From assembly GCA_934101145.1 (NCBI GenBank), contig CAKOPZ010000003.1:6589-70588 (forward strand): a stretch of 64,000 nucleotides of DNA, in the 5' to 3' direction. Made by a program: the position numbers and the translations under genes. The notes beneath the pieces are model-generated. The model had not been told where the DNA came from, searched no databases, and saw only the letters and a list, made by a program, of their open reading frames with translations. Of this stretch, positions 19,959-29,967 are shown one piece after another. This DNA comes from an uncultured Clostridia bacterium. GTDB taxonomy: Bacteria > Bacillota > Clostridia > TANB77 > CAG-508. Positions within the stretch are counted from its first letter, which is position 1, and each line of letters opens with the position of its first letter.

Positions 19959-21038
19959 CTATTTTTTAGTTATCTTATATTTGTCTGCATTTACAAAATC
20001 AAATTTAGGCATAGCTCCAATATTATCTGGTGAATGAATTGGTAATTGGCATAAATCATAGCCAGGAAGTTCGTTACCTTCAACAAAAACAGGTCCTGTA
20101 GGTGTTATTGCAACATCCCATCCCACATATCCTATTTCAGGAATTTCAAATGAAGCTTTTTTGCACATTTCTAAAACTTCATTCCAGTATGGAATCTGAA
20201 ATCCAGGAATCTTGCAGTCTGTTACAGGGTGCTTTTCATATATATGTTTCTTTTTATCCATTGCAGGATATTTTATAATACCTGTTTTTTCATCAACAGG
20301 TGTAACCATTCCACCACTTGTAAAGTTATCTATACATTTTCCGTTTCCAATACGACAGCATGCATAAACAACACGACATTTTAATTTAGCATTTTTTCTC
20401 TCCTCTGTTGGAATACTTATATATGGTTTATTATCATCTGTTGTAATAATTGTTATAACTCTTATTGTATTAATAGAGCCTGGATATAGCTTATCTAGGT
20501 CTGGATGCTGTTTAATTATTTCTTCAAGCTCATAATTTGCTCCCTCTCTTGTTAGATAATCATATATTTTATCAATTGAATCATACTCAGAAGTTTTTAC
20601 TTTTTCAATTCCAATTCCACCAAAATTGTCAATTGGTTTTGCCATAAAAGTATCATGTTTATTTAAAAATTCTATAACCCTTTCCTTCTCTGTACCATTT
20701 ACCTTTATCCAATCTCTTTTTAAATACTCTTTGAATCTTTCATTAAATTCGTCTTTGTTTACAAAGTAATGAAGATAATCCATATCGCAGTATCTTTTGT
20801 AAAGCATAGCATTTCTGCCTCTGGTTAGATATGTATTTCTTTCTTCATCTGTTCTTTTATAAAACTCAAACAAATAATAATCACTATATCCTGCGCCATA
20901 TTTTCTGGCACATTTTTGCATATCAAGTAAAATACTCAATTTAGATTTGCCATTTTCCTTTTGCACCTTTTTTATAGTCTCTCTCATGGCTTTTGTATCC
21001 ATTGTTTTTAATCTTTTTAATATATACACTATACCCAT
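19959..21038 (-). CDS. ATP-grasp protein of the sugar-transfer-associated type
   Basis: 359 aa. The C-terminal ATP-grasp core ends in WDVAITPTGPVFVEGN. The call rests on overall similarity to ATPgrasp_ST-like proteins, recognised by eye. Confidence 0.6.
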   Translation of the reverse strand: MGIVYILKRLKTMDTKAMRETIKKVQKENGKSKLSILLDMQKCARKYGAGYSDYYLFEFYKRTDEERNTYLTRGRNAMLYKRYCDMDYLHYFVNKDEFNERFKEYLKRDWIKVNGTEKERVIEFLNKHDTFMAKPIDNFGGIGIEKVKTSEYDSIDKIYDYLTREGANYELEEIIKQHPDLDKLYPGSINTIRVITIITTDDNKPYISIPTEERKNAKLKCRVVYACCRIGNGKCIDNFTSGGMVTPVDEKTGIIKYPAMDKKKHIYEKHPVTDCKIPGFQIPYWNEVLEMCKKASFEIPEIGYVGWDVAITPTGPVFVEGNELPGYDLCQLPIHSPDNIGAMPKFDFVNADKYKITKK

Positions 21039-21054
21039 AATTTACTCCTTATCT

Positions 21055-22440
21055 TTAGAATTCAATCTTTTTAGAAATCCAATTTTCAAGTTCATCAATA
21101 CTAATTCTTACTTGCTCCATTGTATCTCTATCTCTTATAGTTACTTGATTATCCTCAAGTGTATCAAAATCTATTGTTACACAATATGGTGTACCAATTT
21201 CATCTTCTCTTCTATATCTCTTTCCAATGCTTCCTGCTTCATCATAATCACACATGAATTTTTTAGAAAGCATATCATAAACTTCATTTGCTTTTTCACT
21301 TAATTTTTTAGATAAAGGAAGTACAGCAACTTTGTAAGGTGCAAGTGCTGGATGCAAATGTAGAACTGTTCTAATATCTCCATCTCCTACTTCTTCCTCG
21401 TCATAACTATTACATAAAAATGCAAGTGTAACTCTGTCACATCCTACAGATGGTTCTATACAATATGGTACATATTTCTCGTTTGTCTCAGGATCTAAAT
21501 ATGTCATATCCTCATTAGAAAATTTCATATGTTGACTTAAATCATAATCTGTTCTGTCTGCAATTCCCCAAAGTTCTCCCCATCCAAAAGGAAATGCAAA
21601 TTCTATATCTGTTGTAGCTTTTGAATAAAATACAAGTTCCTCTGGTGAATGATCTCTTAATCTAATATTTTCTTCTTTCATTCCTAAATTAAGTAAAAAT
21701 TGCTTGCAATACTCTTTCCAGTATTTCCACCATTCTAAATCTGTACCTGGTTTGCAGAAAAATTCAAGTTCCATTTGTTCAAATTCACGAGTTCTAAAAG
21801 TAAAGTTTCCAGGTGTAATTTCATTTCTAAATGATTTACCAATTTGTGCAATTCCCATAGGTAGTTTTTTTCTTGTTGTACGAAGCACATTTTTAAAATT
21901 AACAAATATACCTTGAGCAGTTTCTGGTCTCAAATAAATTGTAGCAGTGCTATCTTCTGTAACACCTTGAAATGTTTTGAACATTAAATTGAATTTACGT
22001 ATATCAGTAAAGTTTTCTTTTCCACAATTTGGACATGCAATATGATTTTCTTTCATATATTCAATCATTTTTTCATCTGACCAACCATCAACTACTTCAT
22101 CACAATTGTGTTCATGCATCCATTCTTCAATTAATTTATCTGCTCTATGTCTTGTTTTACATTCTTTGCAATCAATTAATGGATCACTAAAACTGCTTAA
22201 GTGTCCTGACGCTTCCCATGTTTTAGGATTCATAAGTATTGCTGAGTCAAGACCTACATTGTTTTTATTTTCTTGCACAAATTTTTTCATCCATGCTTTT
22301 TTTACATTATTTTTTAGCTCAACTCCAAGTGGTCCATAATCCCATGTATTTGCAAGTCCTCCGTAAATTTCAGAACCTGGATATACATATCCTCTGTTTT
22401 TACATAAAGCAACTATTTTGTCCATAGTAAATTTTTCCAT
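21055..22440 (-). CDS. glyQS: Glycine--tRNA ligase (homodimeric class II)
   Basis: The N-terminus [28 protein letters not shown] is typical of GlyQS. A T-box leader lies upstream. Confidence 0.95.
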   Translation of the reverse strand: MEKFTMDKIVALCKNRGYVYPGSEIYGGLANTWDYGPLGVELKNNVKKAWMKKFVQENKNNVGLDSAILMNPKTWEASGHLSSFSDPLIDCKECKTRHRADKLIEEWMHEHNCDEVVDGWSDEKMIEYMKENHIACPNCGKENFTDIRKFNLMFKTFQGVTEDSTATIYLRPETAQGIFVNFKNVLRTTRKKLPMGIAQIGKSFRNEITPGNFTFRTREFEQMELEFFCKPGTDLEWWKYWKEYCKQFLLNLGMKEENIRLRDHSPEELVFYSKATTDIEFAFPFGWGELWGIADRTDYDLSQHMKFSNEDMTYLDPETNEKYVPYCIEPSVGCDRVTLAFLCNSYDEEEVGDGDIRTVLHLHPALAPYKVAVLPLSKKLSEKANEVYDMLSKKFMCDYDEAGSIGKRYRREDEIGTPYCVTIDFDTLEDNQVTIRDRDTMEQVRISIDELENWISKKIEF

Positions 22441-22514
22441 AATTTCATACCTCCATAAATTTAGCAAAATTTGCTCTGCTTTTTTAGCACAGCTCTAATT
22501 ACTTTTTTAGCTAA

Positions 22515-22740
22515 ATGTACAAAAAAAACTTTCGCACCTAGCTAAAACAGCTAGGGACGAAAGTTTAATTTCCGCGGTTCCACCCTAATTGACAAATATA
22601 TAAATCAATATTTGTCCTCTTTCTCTTAAATGTGCTCCAGAGCTCCCCACATATTTCTTATGATTGGCTTCCACCTTTTCCAACTCTCTATAACATAAGC
22701 AGATATGCTTTTTCTCCTTCATTGCAACCTATGTAATAGA
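22515..22740 (-). promoter_or_regulatory. T-box leader (tRNA-sensing riboswitch) of glyQS with terminator
   Basis: The minus strand contains AGAGAG and GGTGGAAGC stem-I elements and the T-box sequence AATTAGGGTGGAACCGCG (plus 22573-22590). A terminator follows: aaactttcgtccctagc...gctaggtgcgaaagtttttttt. The specifier codon was not resolved. Confidence 0.85.
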
Positions 22741-22802
22741 TTTTAAACTTATTTTACGCAAATGTCAATCATTTTATATTATTTTTTTGATTTGGTCCGT
22801 TT

Positions 22803-23490
22803 TTATTCCTTTGTAGATATATGTATATTTGTAATATTTGCTTTAAATTCTCTTGTAACTATATTTTGAACTTGAGCCACTTGCTCTGTTTCAAGCTTTT
22901 TAGCCTTTACCACAACATTTATACTTTCATTGTTTATAAATATAATTACATCTGCAAAGTTTTTATTTTTTAGTAAATTTTCTGCAATCATAATCGCATT
23001 TTTTTGTTCATTAATTTTTGTAATTTCCTTTTGAGCAGATTGTTTCTGTGATTCAGACGCATTTGTTTTGTCTATTATCTTTTGATAGCTTTCTATCATT
23101 TGAGAATACATGTTCTCTCTTTCTAGTCTTGATTTTGTATAATAATCATCAACTGTTTCAGCATTCGTTATAGCAGTGTTTCCGCTTCTCTTCATCCTTC
23201 TTATTATCATTTCTCTTACTGCTTTGAACTGTATTACCACTATTTTTATCATCAACTGTATTCTCTTTTTTATCTTCCTTGCTTGCATTAGTACTTGCGA
23301 GTTTTGCATCTCCTATTTCTGCCATATCCATACTATCAGCCAAACTTCCAACTTCTATATATGAATTAGTCTGTTCATTATTTGTATAATTCAAATATCC
23401 TGCTACAATTAGCATTAGCCCAGTTACAGCAACAACCACTTGATTTTTCTTCATAAAATTAAGCTTAATTTTTCTTTTCATATAAAACAC
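22803..23490 (-). pseudogene. spoIIIAH: Stage III sporulation protein AH, split by a frameshift
   Basis: The N-terminal TM part (MKKNQVVVAVTGLMLIVAGYLNY) is in ORF 23158-23490. The conserved C-terminal part (DDYYTKSRLERE...VVVKAKKL) is in a different frame, in ORF 22803-23309. Confidence 0.7.
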
Positions 23491-23526
23491 TCCTTAATAT
23501 ATAAAATTCCCACTTCTCATTTAAAT

Positions 23527-24144
23527 CTACTCTTTGCTCATTTGAAACACTTGTATCTTATGTGAAGCCACTCCCGTTACCGCTTCTACCGCTTGAATAA
23601 TATTGGTCTTTACCAAAGAGTTCCCTGCACCTTGTGCTGTTACTATTGCCCCTTCTACCTTTGGACTAATTATACTTTGTGTTATAGGTACCTTTTCTCC
23701 ATTTTCTTCTTTATATATTATTTCTGTTTTTGTATCACTTTCTGTAACCTTTCTTGTTCCACCTTGCTTGTCACTTTCTTCTGTGTTTTTTTCTGATGAA
23801 TCCTGATTATATAACGGCACAGTTTGACTTGTTTGTGAATATGTAAGCATTACCTTTACTTTTCCTACTCCATCTATTTTTGATAAAATTTCTTCAAGCT
23901 TTTTTACAGTATCATCTGTTTCGGCTTCACTACTTGTTTGTACTTCTTGTGTAGCAAGTTTTTTATTTTGATCACTTGCTGGACTTTGTTTTTCTGCATT
24001 AGATTCTTTTCCATTCCATATGGTGTTTATAACAATAACCGTTATCATTAATACAACTATGAAAAACACAATATTTTCTATTTTCTTTTTGCTTGGCTCA
24101 GATTGTTTTTTTGAAATTAATTCTTTAATCTTATCTGTCATCAT
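23527..24144 (-). CDS. spoIIIAG: Stage III sporulation protein AG
   Basis: 205 aa. Has an N-terminal TM helix and the C-terminal motif PKVEGAIVTAQGA...VFQM. Position in the operon fits. Confidence 0.85.
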   Translation of the reverse strand: MMTDKIKELISKKQSEPSKKKIENIVFFIVVLMITVIVINTIWNGKESNAEKQSPASDQNKKLATQEVQTSSEAETDDTVKKLEEILSKIDGVGKVKVMLTYSQTSQTVPLYNQDSSEKNTEESDKQGGTRKVTESDTKTEIIYKEENGEKVPITQSIISPKVEGAIVTAQGAGNSLVKTNIIQAVEAVTGVASHKIQVFQMSKE

Positions 24145-24158
24145 AAGTATCTCTCCTT

Positions 24159-24764
24159 TTAATTAACTAAAATATCTTTTTCATCAATTTCATAAACACT
24201 ACTTAAATATTGTTTTATTTTCTCTTTTTCCTTATCTGATATACTGCTTTTATTATTGTTTTTTTCCACTACAGTATTACTTATTGTTATATTTATTTTG
24301 TTTACCGCTTCTATCTCATTTACTTCCTGCTTATCTTCTTTTATCTTTTCTATATCAAGCTCAATTTTGTTTAACGTATAATTCTTATCATCTCCTATAG
24401 TTAATACTATATTATTTGCACTATATCCTTTTTGTTTTAATTTGTTTTTAATATCACTTTTCAAATTTGCAGTATAAATATCTTTGATACTTGACGAGTT
24501 ATTTTCTGCAAGTAGATTTTGTGATACTTCTTTTTGTTTAATCTCATTTACATATGAATCTAACTCTAGTATATCTGACACAGCTAGCGTCTTTCCTGTA
24601 AATTTTGTAATAACTGGCGATATAATTGTAAAAAGTATATATACCCCTGTTATAACTTTTATGTATTTTTTACTACTCCCACTTGGAAGGATCATCTCTA
24701 TTATTGTTGCAATTATCACCGCAATTATAATAGATTGTGCCCATGTACTTATCCAATCAATCAT
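24159..24764 (-). CDS. spoIIIAF: Stage III sporulation protein AF
   Basis: 201 aa with two N-terminal TM helices. Position in the operon fits. Confidence 0.8.
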   Translation of the reverse strand: MIDWISTWAQSIIIAVIIATIIEMILPSGSSKKYIKVITGVYILFTIISPVITKFTGKTLAVSDILELDSYVNEIKQKEVSQNLLAENNSSSIKDIYTANLKSDIKNKLKQKGYSANNIVLTIGDDKNYTLNKIELDIEKIKEDKQEVNEIEAVNKINITISNTVVEKNNNKSSISDKEKEKIKQYLSSVYEIDEKDILVN

Positions 24765-24781
24765 TTGTTTGCCTGTCCTTT

Positions 24782-25930
24782 CTACCTATACATAAGTCCA
24801 CTGTTTGATATGTTTATAACAAGTGTTATCCCAATAATAAGCATTACAGATACGCTACACAATATTGCAAGCAATATCTTAAATGTGTCTCCCATCTGTT
24901 CAAGTAAACTTATTATTTTTGAATCTGCAATTGGCTGGCATAATGCTGCACCTAAATAATATACTGCCATTAAAATTGTAAGTTTTATTATTGGTGCTAT
25001 ACATATACCTATAACCACAACTACTCCTATAATACCTATTGCATTTTTTAATATAGAACTACACCCAATTACAGTATCAACAGCATCGCCTAGTATCTTT
25101 CCAACTACAGGTATAAAACTTGATACTGCTGCTTTTGCAGTTTTGGCTGTAACTCCATCAACACTACTACTCAAATTTCCTTCAAGTGATACTACTCCTA
25201 CAAATAAAGTAAGTACTACTCCTAATATCCACACGACACTTGATTTAAAAAACTTCGAAAGCTTATCTATTTGTATCCTATCTGATATTTTTGATACAAT
25301 TCCTAAAGCTGTTGAAACAAGTACGAGCGGAAGTATTATATTATTTATAAAGTTACCTATAAACGTTATTATAAATAGCAGTATTGGTTGTAACATTCCT
25401 GCAGATACAATATTTCCAGTTGTTATAATTAATGTTAAAAGTATGGGTATAAGCATATCTATAAATCCAACCAAATTTTGTACAGATTCTTTTATCATGG
25501 TTATGACTTGTGAAAAATTTGTCATTATAAGTGTTACTATTAATATGTATTGTACATAATATGTAATTTGAGAAATACTTTTATTTTCGAGTCCTTCGCT
25601 TATGCTTTTTAGTATGCTATGTATTACTATAATAACAATAATGCTTCCAAGTATTTTAACAGACCCTATTACTTCTTTTCCAAGTATGTTTAAAATACTT
25701 TTAAACAATTTTTCATTATCTATTTTGCCTGTTAACGCTAAATTAAACATGTCTTTTACGTTTATATCTTCATATATTGAACTTGTATATTTTTCGACTT
25801 CTTTTAGAAATGATGAAATATTTAGTGAATCTTGCTGCGACTTTAGAAGTTCATCTTGTGTATCTGCATAGCTTATATTTGAACTTATCAAAACGGCTAT
25901 AAATGTAATAATCATTACTATTTTTTTCAT
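24782..25930 (-). CDS. spoIIIAE: Stage III sporulation protein AE
   Basis: 382 aa with a signal peptide and a polytopic permease-like body. Position in the operon fits. Confidence 0.85.
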   Translation of the reverse strand: MKKIVMIITFIAVLISSNISYADTQDELLKSQQDSLNISSFLKEVEKYTSSIYEDINVKDMFNLALTGKIDNEKLFKSILNILGKEVIGSVKILGSIIVIIVIHSILKSISEGLENKSISQITYYVQYILIVTLIMTNFSQVITMIKESVQNLVGFIDMLIPILLTLIITTGNIVSAGMLQPILLFIITFIGNFINNIILPLVLVSTALGIVSKISDRIQIDKLSKFFKSSVVWILGVVLTLFVGVVSLEGNLSSSVDGVTAKTAKAAVSSFIPVVGKILGDAVDTVIGCSSILKNAIGIIGVVVVIGICIAPIIKLTILMAVYYLGAALCQPIADSKIISLLEQMGDTFKILLAILCSVSVMLIIGITLVINISNSGLMYR

Positions 25931-25946
25931 ATGTACATATTTCCTT

Positions 25947-26333
25947 TCAGGGTAATATCTTTACTACAGTTTCAAGAAGGCTTGCAATTATTGGTATAGA
26001 CATAGATATAATTATTACTTTTCCTCCCATATCCATCTTATTTGCTATTGCACTTTCCCCAGAATCTTTGCATATGCTTACTGCAAATTCCGTTAAGAAA
26101 GCTATTCCTGTAATCTTTATAAGAAGTACCAAAAATTCATTGTTAATTGCTGTTTTACTCGATAGATTGCTTAATAAATTTATTATTGCAGATATCTTGT
26201 CCATTACAAGCATAAGTATCATTGCACCTGCAATCAACGAAACATATATTGTAAACTCTGGTCTATATTGTTTTACTATTATAATAATTATAAGTGCAAT
26301 TAGTCCCACTCCAATTATTTTTATAATATCCAT
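25947..26333 (-). CDS. spoIIIAD: Stage III sporulation protein AD
   Basis: 128-aa membrane protein with 4 TM helices. Position in the operon fits. Confidence 0.85.
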   Translation of the reverse strand: MDIIKIIGVGLIALIIIIIVKQYRPEFTIYVSLIAGAMILMLVMDKISAIINLLSNLSSKTAINNEFLVLLIKITGIAFLTEFAVSICKDSGESAIANKMDMGGKVIIISMSIPIIASLLETVVKILP

Positions 26334-26378
26334 TGCAAATAGTTCCTTTCTAATACAATTTATTTGAATTAGAATTAT

Positions 26379-26573
26379 TTATAGCCCAAACATTGTTCTA
26401 ACTGATGTAAACAATGTACTTATCTCTTTTATAACCATTGTTAGCACTATTATAAGGCCTGCAAGTGTAGTCATCATTGCTTGATCTTCCCTTCCTGCTC
26501 TTACAAGCACTTGATATAAAACTGCAACTAAAATTCCAATAGCTGCTATTTTAAATAATAAATTAATATCCAT
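26379..26573 (-). CDS. spoIIIAC: Stage III sporulation protein AC
   Basis: 64-aa protein with 2 TM helices. Position in the operon fits. Confidence 0.85.
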   Translation of the reverse strand: MDINLLFKIAAIGILVAVLYQVLVRAGREDQAMMTTLAGLIIVLTMVIKEISTLFTSVRTMFGL

Positions 26574-26598
26574 ATGTAATCCATCCCTTCCTTATACT

Positions 26599-27135
26599 TT
26601 AAGCAAAAATAATAACAATCATAAGGCCTACAATTCCACCTAAAGTCTTATACATTTTCGCATTTTTACTTTTTTCTATTTCAGCATTTTCAATTTGCTT
26701 GTCTAGAAGATTTTGAGTAAGTTCAATCTGACTTATTTGTCCTTGTATATCAGTACTTCCAAGTGTTTTAGATAAATCTTCTATTACATTTTTATCTTCC
26801 ATATTTATGCTAAGATTTGTCTTTTCTATTGCATTTTTCCATGCCATTCCAGCAGTATTTTCTTTTAATTCTTCTACAGCTATTTTAAATAACTCTCCAA
26901 CTTTTTTTCCATCAAATTGTTTGCTTATTTCTGCAAATGCTTCAGGTATGGTTTCATATGTATATCGTATTTTCGTTTCAAATATGTTTAGAGCACTTTT
27001 TATATTTTTAAGTTCTTCCACTCTATCAGTGTATTTATTTGATATCAGTATTCCAATATAAATACTTGAAATAAAAATCCCAAGTAATATAATAATTTTA
27101 ATCACAATCATTTGTTTGCCTCTCTTTATTTTCAT
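26599..27135 (-). CDS. spoIIIAB: Stage III sporulation protein AB
   Basis: About 170 aa with an N-terminal TM helix. The probable true start is MIVIK at 27111. Position in the operon fits. Confidence 0.8.
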   Translation of the reverse strand: MKIKRGKQMIVIKIIILLGIFISSIYIGILISNKYTDRVEELKNIKSALNIFETKIRYTYETIPEAFAEISKQFDGKKVGELFKIAVEELKENTAGMAWKNAIEKTNLSINMEDKNVIEDLSKTLGSTDIQGQISQIELTQNLLDKQIENAEIEKSKNAKMYKTLGGIVGLMIVIIFA

Positions 27136-27999
27136 ATATCAGAGAAATTTCTCTGTTTGAATTTATGTACAAAATTCTTTCGATTATATTTTTGGTTAGA
27201 AGTTGTCCTAAAATAGGATTGTTCATAATATCTTGCAGGCTTGAGCCATGTGCTGTAAAAATTCCCTTAACTCCTGAAGTAATAGCATATTCAATTGCAT
27301 CTATGTCTTGAATTGTACCAATTTCATCTGCTACAATAACCTTTGGACTCATAGAACGAACAAGCATTTTCATTCCGATAAATTTAGAGATATTATCAAG
27401 TACATCCGTTCGCATACCTATATCGTTTTGTGGAATTCCTTTGTACATTGCACATATTTCTCCTCTTTCATCAACTACTCCAACATTTATTCCATTAAAA
27501 TTGTTATCTCCGATTACTTATAGTTCTTACTAAATCACGAAGAATTGTCGTTTTTCCTCTGCCAGGTGGTGAAAGAATTATAGTATTATAAATACTGTTT
27601 TCTTTTGTATTTAATATGTATTTTAGAGCCGATTTTGAACACCCTATAACTTGTCTTGCAATTCTAAAATTTAGACTATATATGTGTGAAATATTGTTTA
27701 CTTGTCCATCGTTAAAAACTATATTTCCTGTAAGTCCAATTCTATGGCCACCCTTTATAGTAATATATCCGATTACATATTTGATTTTGATAAGAATAAA
27801 CTGAATTATCACAAATGCGCTGAAATATCTTTAAAATATCTTCTGTGTCGGTCGTATAGCTTGTCTGTATTTCATTTTGACCAATTTTCAAAAATATTTT
27901 TCTTCCATTTCTTATTCTAATCTCTTCTAACAGCTCCAAATTATATTTCATTAATTCCTGTTTTATTTCATCAGGAAAATATGTAAAAATTTCATTCAT
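27098..27999 (-). pseudogene. spoIIIAA: Stage III sporulation ATPase AA, interrupted by two frameshifts
   Basis: Three consecutive ORF fragments in different frames give an N-terminal part, a middle part with GYITIKGGHRIGLTG and Walker A SPPGRGKTT, and a C-terminal part with VVDERGEI and Walker B VIVADEIG. Total span is about 300 codons. Confidence 0.8.
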
Positions 28000-28021
28000 A
28001 AATCATTCTCCTTAAAAGCAA

Positions 28022-28059
28022 GAAAAAAGATAGAACATATATATTAATATATATGCTCT
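28022..28059 (-). terminator. AT-rich palindromic hairpin and T-run downstream of yebC
   Basis: On the minus strand, agagcatatatatt/aatatatatgttct is followed by tatctttttt. Confidence 0.5.
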
Positions 28060-28123
28060 ACCTTTATATTTTAGAACTTTTTTATATAAAATTTCTCATT
28101 TACTATAATCATGCTCTCAGGTT

Positions 28124-28855
28124 TTATTCTTCCCAGTTGTGGTAAACATTCATAACATCATCTAAATCTTCAAGATTATCAATTAAACGTTGCATTTTTT
28201 CTGCATCTTTCTCGCTTAAAGAAATATATGTTGTTGGAACCATTTGAATTTCAGCCTCTAAGAATTCAAGACCTTGTGATTCTAAAGCTTCACGAACAGC
28301 TCCAAAATCGTCTGGAGTAGTTGTTATTTCAAAGCACTCATCAGTTGCAGAAAAATCTTCTGCTCCGTTATCTAGTGCAAGCATCATCATATCATCTTCT
28401 GACATGTCTGTTGTTGTTCTATCTATAACAATAACACCTTTTTTATTAAATAAATATGAAACACATCCGCTTGTTCCTAAGTTTCCACCAGCTCTATCAA
28501 ATGCATGTCTTACATCTGCTGCAGTTCTATTTTTATTATCTGTACTTGCTTCTACTATAACTGCAACACCGTTTGTTCCATATCCTTCATATGTAATTTC
28601 TTCATAATTTTCATTGCTTCCTGCTCCTGCAGCCTTCTTTATAGCATTATTAATTGTATCATTAGGCATATTTGCTGCTTTACATTTTGCAATAACATCT
28701 TTTAATTTAGAATTACCAGCCGGATCAGGTCCACCTGCTTTAACTGCGATTAATAATTCTCTTCCTAATTTTGTAAATATTTTTCCACGAGCAGCATCTG
28801 CTTTACCTTTTTTGGCTTGAATGTTGTGCCATTTGCTATGTCCTGACATGGGCAA
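28124..28855 (-). CDS. YebC/PmpR-family DNA-binding regulator
   Basis: N-terminus [15 protein letters not shown] and the family size of about 240 aa. Confidence 0.9.
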   Translation of the reverse strand: MPMSGHSKWHNIQAKKGKADAARGKIFTKLGRELLIAVKAGGPDPAGNSKLKDVIAKCKAANMPNDTINNAIKKAAGAGSNENYEEITYEGYGTNGVAVIVEASTDNKNRTAADVRHAFDRAGGNLGTSGCVSYLFNKKGVIVIDRTTTDMSEDDMMMLALDNGAEDFSATDECFEITTTPDDFGAVREALESQGLEFLEAEIQMVPTTYISLSEKDAEKMQRLIDNLEDLDDVMNVYHNWEE

Positions 28856-29190
28856 TTCCTCCTTCTTTTCTTAAAAATCATTTTAAATTGTAACATATTT
28901 TTTATATTTTGTGTACCCCTTTTAGGAAATATTTTTATTTAATGATACAAAATGCATCTCTATATGTTAAAATAGGAAGTTAAAAAATTAATTTTAACTT
29001 CCCCTTAATAAAACTGGTTATTTTTTTATTGAGCTAACCTTAACTCGAATATATTGTTCGCCATTTTTATGAGTTGCGAAACACTCGAATTATTGAATAG
29101 CTATTCTATATTGGTATATTTATTATACTGCTTTATTATTCACTATGTCAATAATAATTTCCAGATTTTTGCAATTTATATTTTTAATTT

Positions 29191-29700
29191 TTATTCTTTT
29201 AACATTTCCATATAATCTTCTTTTGTAAAATCTATTGTAGGTATGATTTCTTTGTTATTAATCATCTTTTCAAATTTATCTACATTTATCCATTTAGCAT
29301 CTACAACTTCTCCATCTGTAAATTTTAAATCTTTAATTTCTAGATTCTTTTTTAATAGCCATATATCTTTAAAATCTTTAGATTTATCATCTCTTAGAGT
29401 TTTGTAAAAGATAGCATCTGTTTCATTAAAACTAATTCCTAATTCTTCTCTTAACTCCCTTAATATTGCTTGTAAGCTATTTTCACCTTTAATGCATGAA
29501 CCCATTGTACATTCCCACATATTTGGATATTTATTCTTTAATTCTGAACGTTTACTTAATAAAATTTCTCCATTCGAATTTATTATAACAGCTTCTACAA
29601 CCAAATGGTATTCGCCCTCTTTTAACTTGTCCTGACTATGTCTATCAATTACTTTTCCTGTTAATTTTTTATCAATATCATATATATCCCACAATTCCAT
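29191..29700 (-). CDS. NUDIX hydrolase
   Basis: Nudix box GSCIKGENSLQAILRELREELGI. Confidence 0.8.
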   Translation of the reverse strand: MELWDIYDIDKKLTGKVIDRHSQDKLKEGEYHLVVEAVIINSNGEILLSKRSELKNKYPNMWECTMGSCIKGENSLQAILRELREELGISFNETDAIFYKTLRDDKSKDFKDIWLLKKNLEIKDLKFTDGEVVDAKWINVDKFEKMINNKEIIPTIDFTKEDYMEMLKE

Positions 29701-29967
29701 TAACTTTTTTCTCCTTTATTTAACCTATTCTATCTTCAAAAACAACCCCTGCAATTAATCTTTATGGTTTAACAATTCTAATTTCAAATTATCATATACT
29801 TTAGTTTCAATTTTTGTTTTTTCTTTTAGCATTTCAAATTCACTTTCCAAAAGTATAAATTCTTCTTGTGCACTCATCGCATGATCTGATATACATATTT
29901 TTCCTATAAAATTAGAAAACATAAATCTGTAAATAAATGCACATAAATTCTTTTTGTCAATATTTTT

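Noticed and set aside
22803-27999. Programmed ribosomal frameshifting as the explanation for the split spoIIIAA and spoIIIAH genes.
   Set aside because: No slippery heptamer or downstream structure is evident at the junctions, and these genes are single-frame in other spore formers. Mutation or sequencing error is more parsimonious.
29701-29967. Possible small regulator (csoR-like) or micro-ORF downstream of copA. One example is a 40-codon minus-strand ORF, MSAQEEFILLESEFEMLKEK...
   Set aside because: It has no convincing RBS and no CsoR-like Cys/His motifs. It is too short to call from sequence alone.
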